From Lingula anatina (taxonomy: Eukaryota > Animalia > Brachiopoda), in contig CM120647.1 in the NCBI GenBank assembly GCA_051362555.1, forward strand, positions 7,936,001 through 8,000,000: a stretch of 64,000 nt of DNA, written 5' to 3'. Below, piece after piece: positions 63,465-64,000 of the stretch; position 1 is the stretch's first letter; each line of letters starts with the position of its first letter. The notes below the pieces were generated by a model. That model saw only the letters and a program-made list of their open reading frames with translations. It was not told the DNA's origin and did not search any database. The translations under genes and the position numbers were made by a program.

Positions 63465-64000
63465 GTTTAACCCAGCAGTATCAAGAAGAAAATTTCTTCT
63501 TAGAACACCAGTTCACGGACGGCTTATCTCTAGGTTGAACCTTCGTTTGGTTTAACTGCTTATTATATCAGTTAAAATATTTGTACGTGTAAATCACTAC
63601 ACATACGTGAGTGTTAGTGCACGGTCGCTGAGCTTTGGATAATCCTTGTGGAGGCGAAGTTAAGTTAATTTTTTTGCAATCAAATCTTGCACCCTCACCA
63701 GCTTCAAAATGCTTGATGATATACAGCAGAGTTGGATAAGTCTATCCGTCCACTTATCCTCCCCTCCCCGTCGCTTTTTCTGGCAAACAGACAAAGAAAC
63801 TACTAGTATGCAAGGAAAAAGGTGTTATACTGCTCACCGATGCTATTTATCTGACATTATTCGGGACGGGCCACATTCCAATTCGCCTGTCTTTTATTTC
63901 AGTTATTCTTCTATCAACAAGAAGTAATACAATGCTTGATTCAATTTTCCACTTTAAATTATTACCTCAATTTTTATGTTTGACATGCCACAAGAAACAA

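Overview
AT-rich, intron-rich animal (invertebrate-like) genomic DNA; no prokaryotic features. About 1-41.6 kb (+) is the 3' two-thirds of a RIM/Unc-10 presynaptic active-zone gene. I traced 29 exons by GT-AG boundaries with continuous reading phase, covering the PDZ, C2A, RQLPQ RIM-BP-binding motif and C2B regions; the N-terminal zinc-finger part lies upstream of the window. The gene has unusual splicing architecture: (i) two phase-incompatible, probably mutually exclusive exons before the PDZ; (ii) a tandem array of eight short, related, frame-preserving exons just before the RIM-BP motif; (iii) a 60-bp tandem repeat that copies a C2B splice donor five times in frame. At 44.3-45.9 kb (+) is a small two-exon gene for a secreted 8-Cys peptide with a proline-rich loop. 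From 48.5 to 64 kb (-) is a tandem cluster of five C2H2 zinc-finger paralogs (11, 9 [frameshifted], 15, 4 and 4 fingers) with shuffled fingers, Cys instead of the canonical Leu in most helices, and a conserved non-finger C-terminal tail. Several MITE families (hAT-like and PIF/Harbinger-like) and simple repeats are interspersed. Exon calls are manual and lack transcript support; family assignments are from recalled motifs, not database searches.
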